52,190 nucleotides of DNA from Octopus bimaculoides (taxonomy: Eukaryota): the NCBI RefSeq assembly GCF_001194135.2, contig NC_068998.1, positions 36,890,435 to 36,942,624 of the forward strand, read 5' to 3'. Every line of letters starts with the position of its first letter. Position 1 is the first letter of the stretch. Under the pieces are notes generated by a model. The model searched no databases. It was not told where the DNA came from and worked only from the letters and a program-made list of their open reading frames with translations. The translations under genes were made by a program, and so were the position numbers. This document shows, piece after piece, positions 50,691 to 52,190 of this stretch.

Positions 50691-50726
50691 TGTACGTATA
50701 TATGCATATACCGACATATTATTTGT

Positions 50727-50757
<31 letters not shown>

Positions 50758-51505
50758 CACGCGCACACAATTATCGAATGGAAAAAGATATAATGCACAT
50801 AGGAGATTGTAATACTGTTTTTATGCAGTTCGAATGACTAAATAAACTGCAACACTGAAGAACGGTGCTTCGTGGATTTTTGATGATCATATATTTACAC
50901 ATTGTACACTACACACAATATATTCTATCAAACAAGGACCTAAAAGACAACACTTGCAATAGAATATTACAGAAGAAATCATATATTTAAATATCCTTAT
51001 ATTTAAATATCCAAACTAATAACTATTTTACACGATTTCGTTTCCTTCCTGAAAGATAAACGAAAAAAAGAGGAGCATTTAATTTATGTTAAGTAGTGAT
51101 GATGTATTTAATACAATGAATATGTTAACACCGAATTTACTATTATGTTGCATAAGGTTGTGGTGTAAGCATTAGCATAATTTTGTTTTTTAAAGCATGC
51201 GCTGTATTTATATGTCTTCACTGAGGTCGAAGTGAACGAGCTGCGAAGGGAAACACTAATTGTCAGTAGGTGTGTGTGCCTGCGTGTCTGCTTGTGAGAA
51301 TGCGTGTGTTTCTGCCTGTGGTTGTGTGTGTGTTTGCCTGTGTCAAAGTATCTTCCTGTCAACGTAGTTTTATTTTATTAAGCATCGTATATGCGTACAT
51401 ATATGAATAAGCATATGTGTGCGTGCGTACGTTGGTGTGTGTGTGTATGTGTACATACGTACTTAGACACAGGCACATATGTATATATGCACATACTTAC
51501 GTGAA

Positions 51506-51594
<89 letters not shown>

Positions 51595-52190
51595 GGTGGG
51601 GGGTGTACATACATACATACAAATGCAAAAATTCATAAACAAACGAAGTACCGTATAGCGAATGTAAAAACGAACGGAATATAAAGAGAAGGTCCGTAAT
51701 TCTTCATCAGTTATCGAACAATTGGTAATATTCAATTTCGCACCTTTAATGATAAGACTGATTGTTTTCCAATTGTCTTGCTTCGTTGTCCATCCTTCAA
51801 GACATTATCTAAGCGTTACCCACTCTTCTCGTCTCCTTTGCCCCAAGGCCGTATCTAGCTCGACTGTTCATCCTCGTCCACCGTCCTGAATCACACTGTC
51901 TGTGGTTTTGTTTGTTTTATTTTGTTTTGTTTGCACTTGCCCCTAATTCTACGCAAGAAACTTTTTTATTTTATTTATCTATTTATTCATTTTTTGGCGA
52001 GCACTGGCAAAATTGGGATGCACTCAGTTTTATCGTGAAAGGTGCTACATAGAATATTACGAATTGATTGATAGCTAATGAAATATTACGGATTTTCTGT
52101 TTGTCTCCCGTTCATTTTTATATACAGTATACGATACGTTGTTTGCTTATATATTTTTTCATTAATCAAATAATGAAAAGCAACACACAC

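Noticed and set aside
51660-51710. Minus-strand CTGATGAAGAAT...ATTC-CGTT
   Set aside because: GAAA absent and helix I unmatched.

Overview
AT-rich eukaryotic (animal) genomic DNA from a gapped short-read scaffold, with 16 N-runs, most of them abutting microsatellites. No host protein-coding gene, rRNA, intact tRNA or CRISPR array can be supported; nearly all ORFs in the track are translations of microsatellites or N-gaps. The extreme microsatellite density and the SINE families suggest a coleoid cephalopod such as Octopus (inference from recalled repeat similarity, not verified). The window is a transposon landscape: (i) a 1152-bp internally deleted Helitron with both termini (6173-7324); (ii) a full-length decayed DD37D/maT mariner with TIRs and TA duplication, nested in a SINE (36025-37236); (iii) four fragments of R4/Dong/Rex6-type RLE retrotransposons, three inside (AAT)n tracts and the fourth at a short remnant of one; (iv) RTE 3' ends and a Penelope-like GIY-YIG fragment; (v) four to five SINE-like families (here A-E); (vi) several hammerhead-ribozyme-like motifs. 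The most notable features are a 4.5-kb chain of at least nine insertions threaded through one (AAT)n tract (21114-25632), which includes a candidate non-autonomous partner element, and the hammerhead motifs. One motif has an intact core downstream of the Penelope fragment, one lies in a 152-bp tandem unit, and one has its catalytic segments in a non-canonical order.
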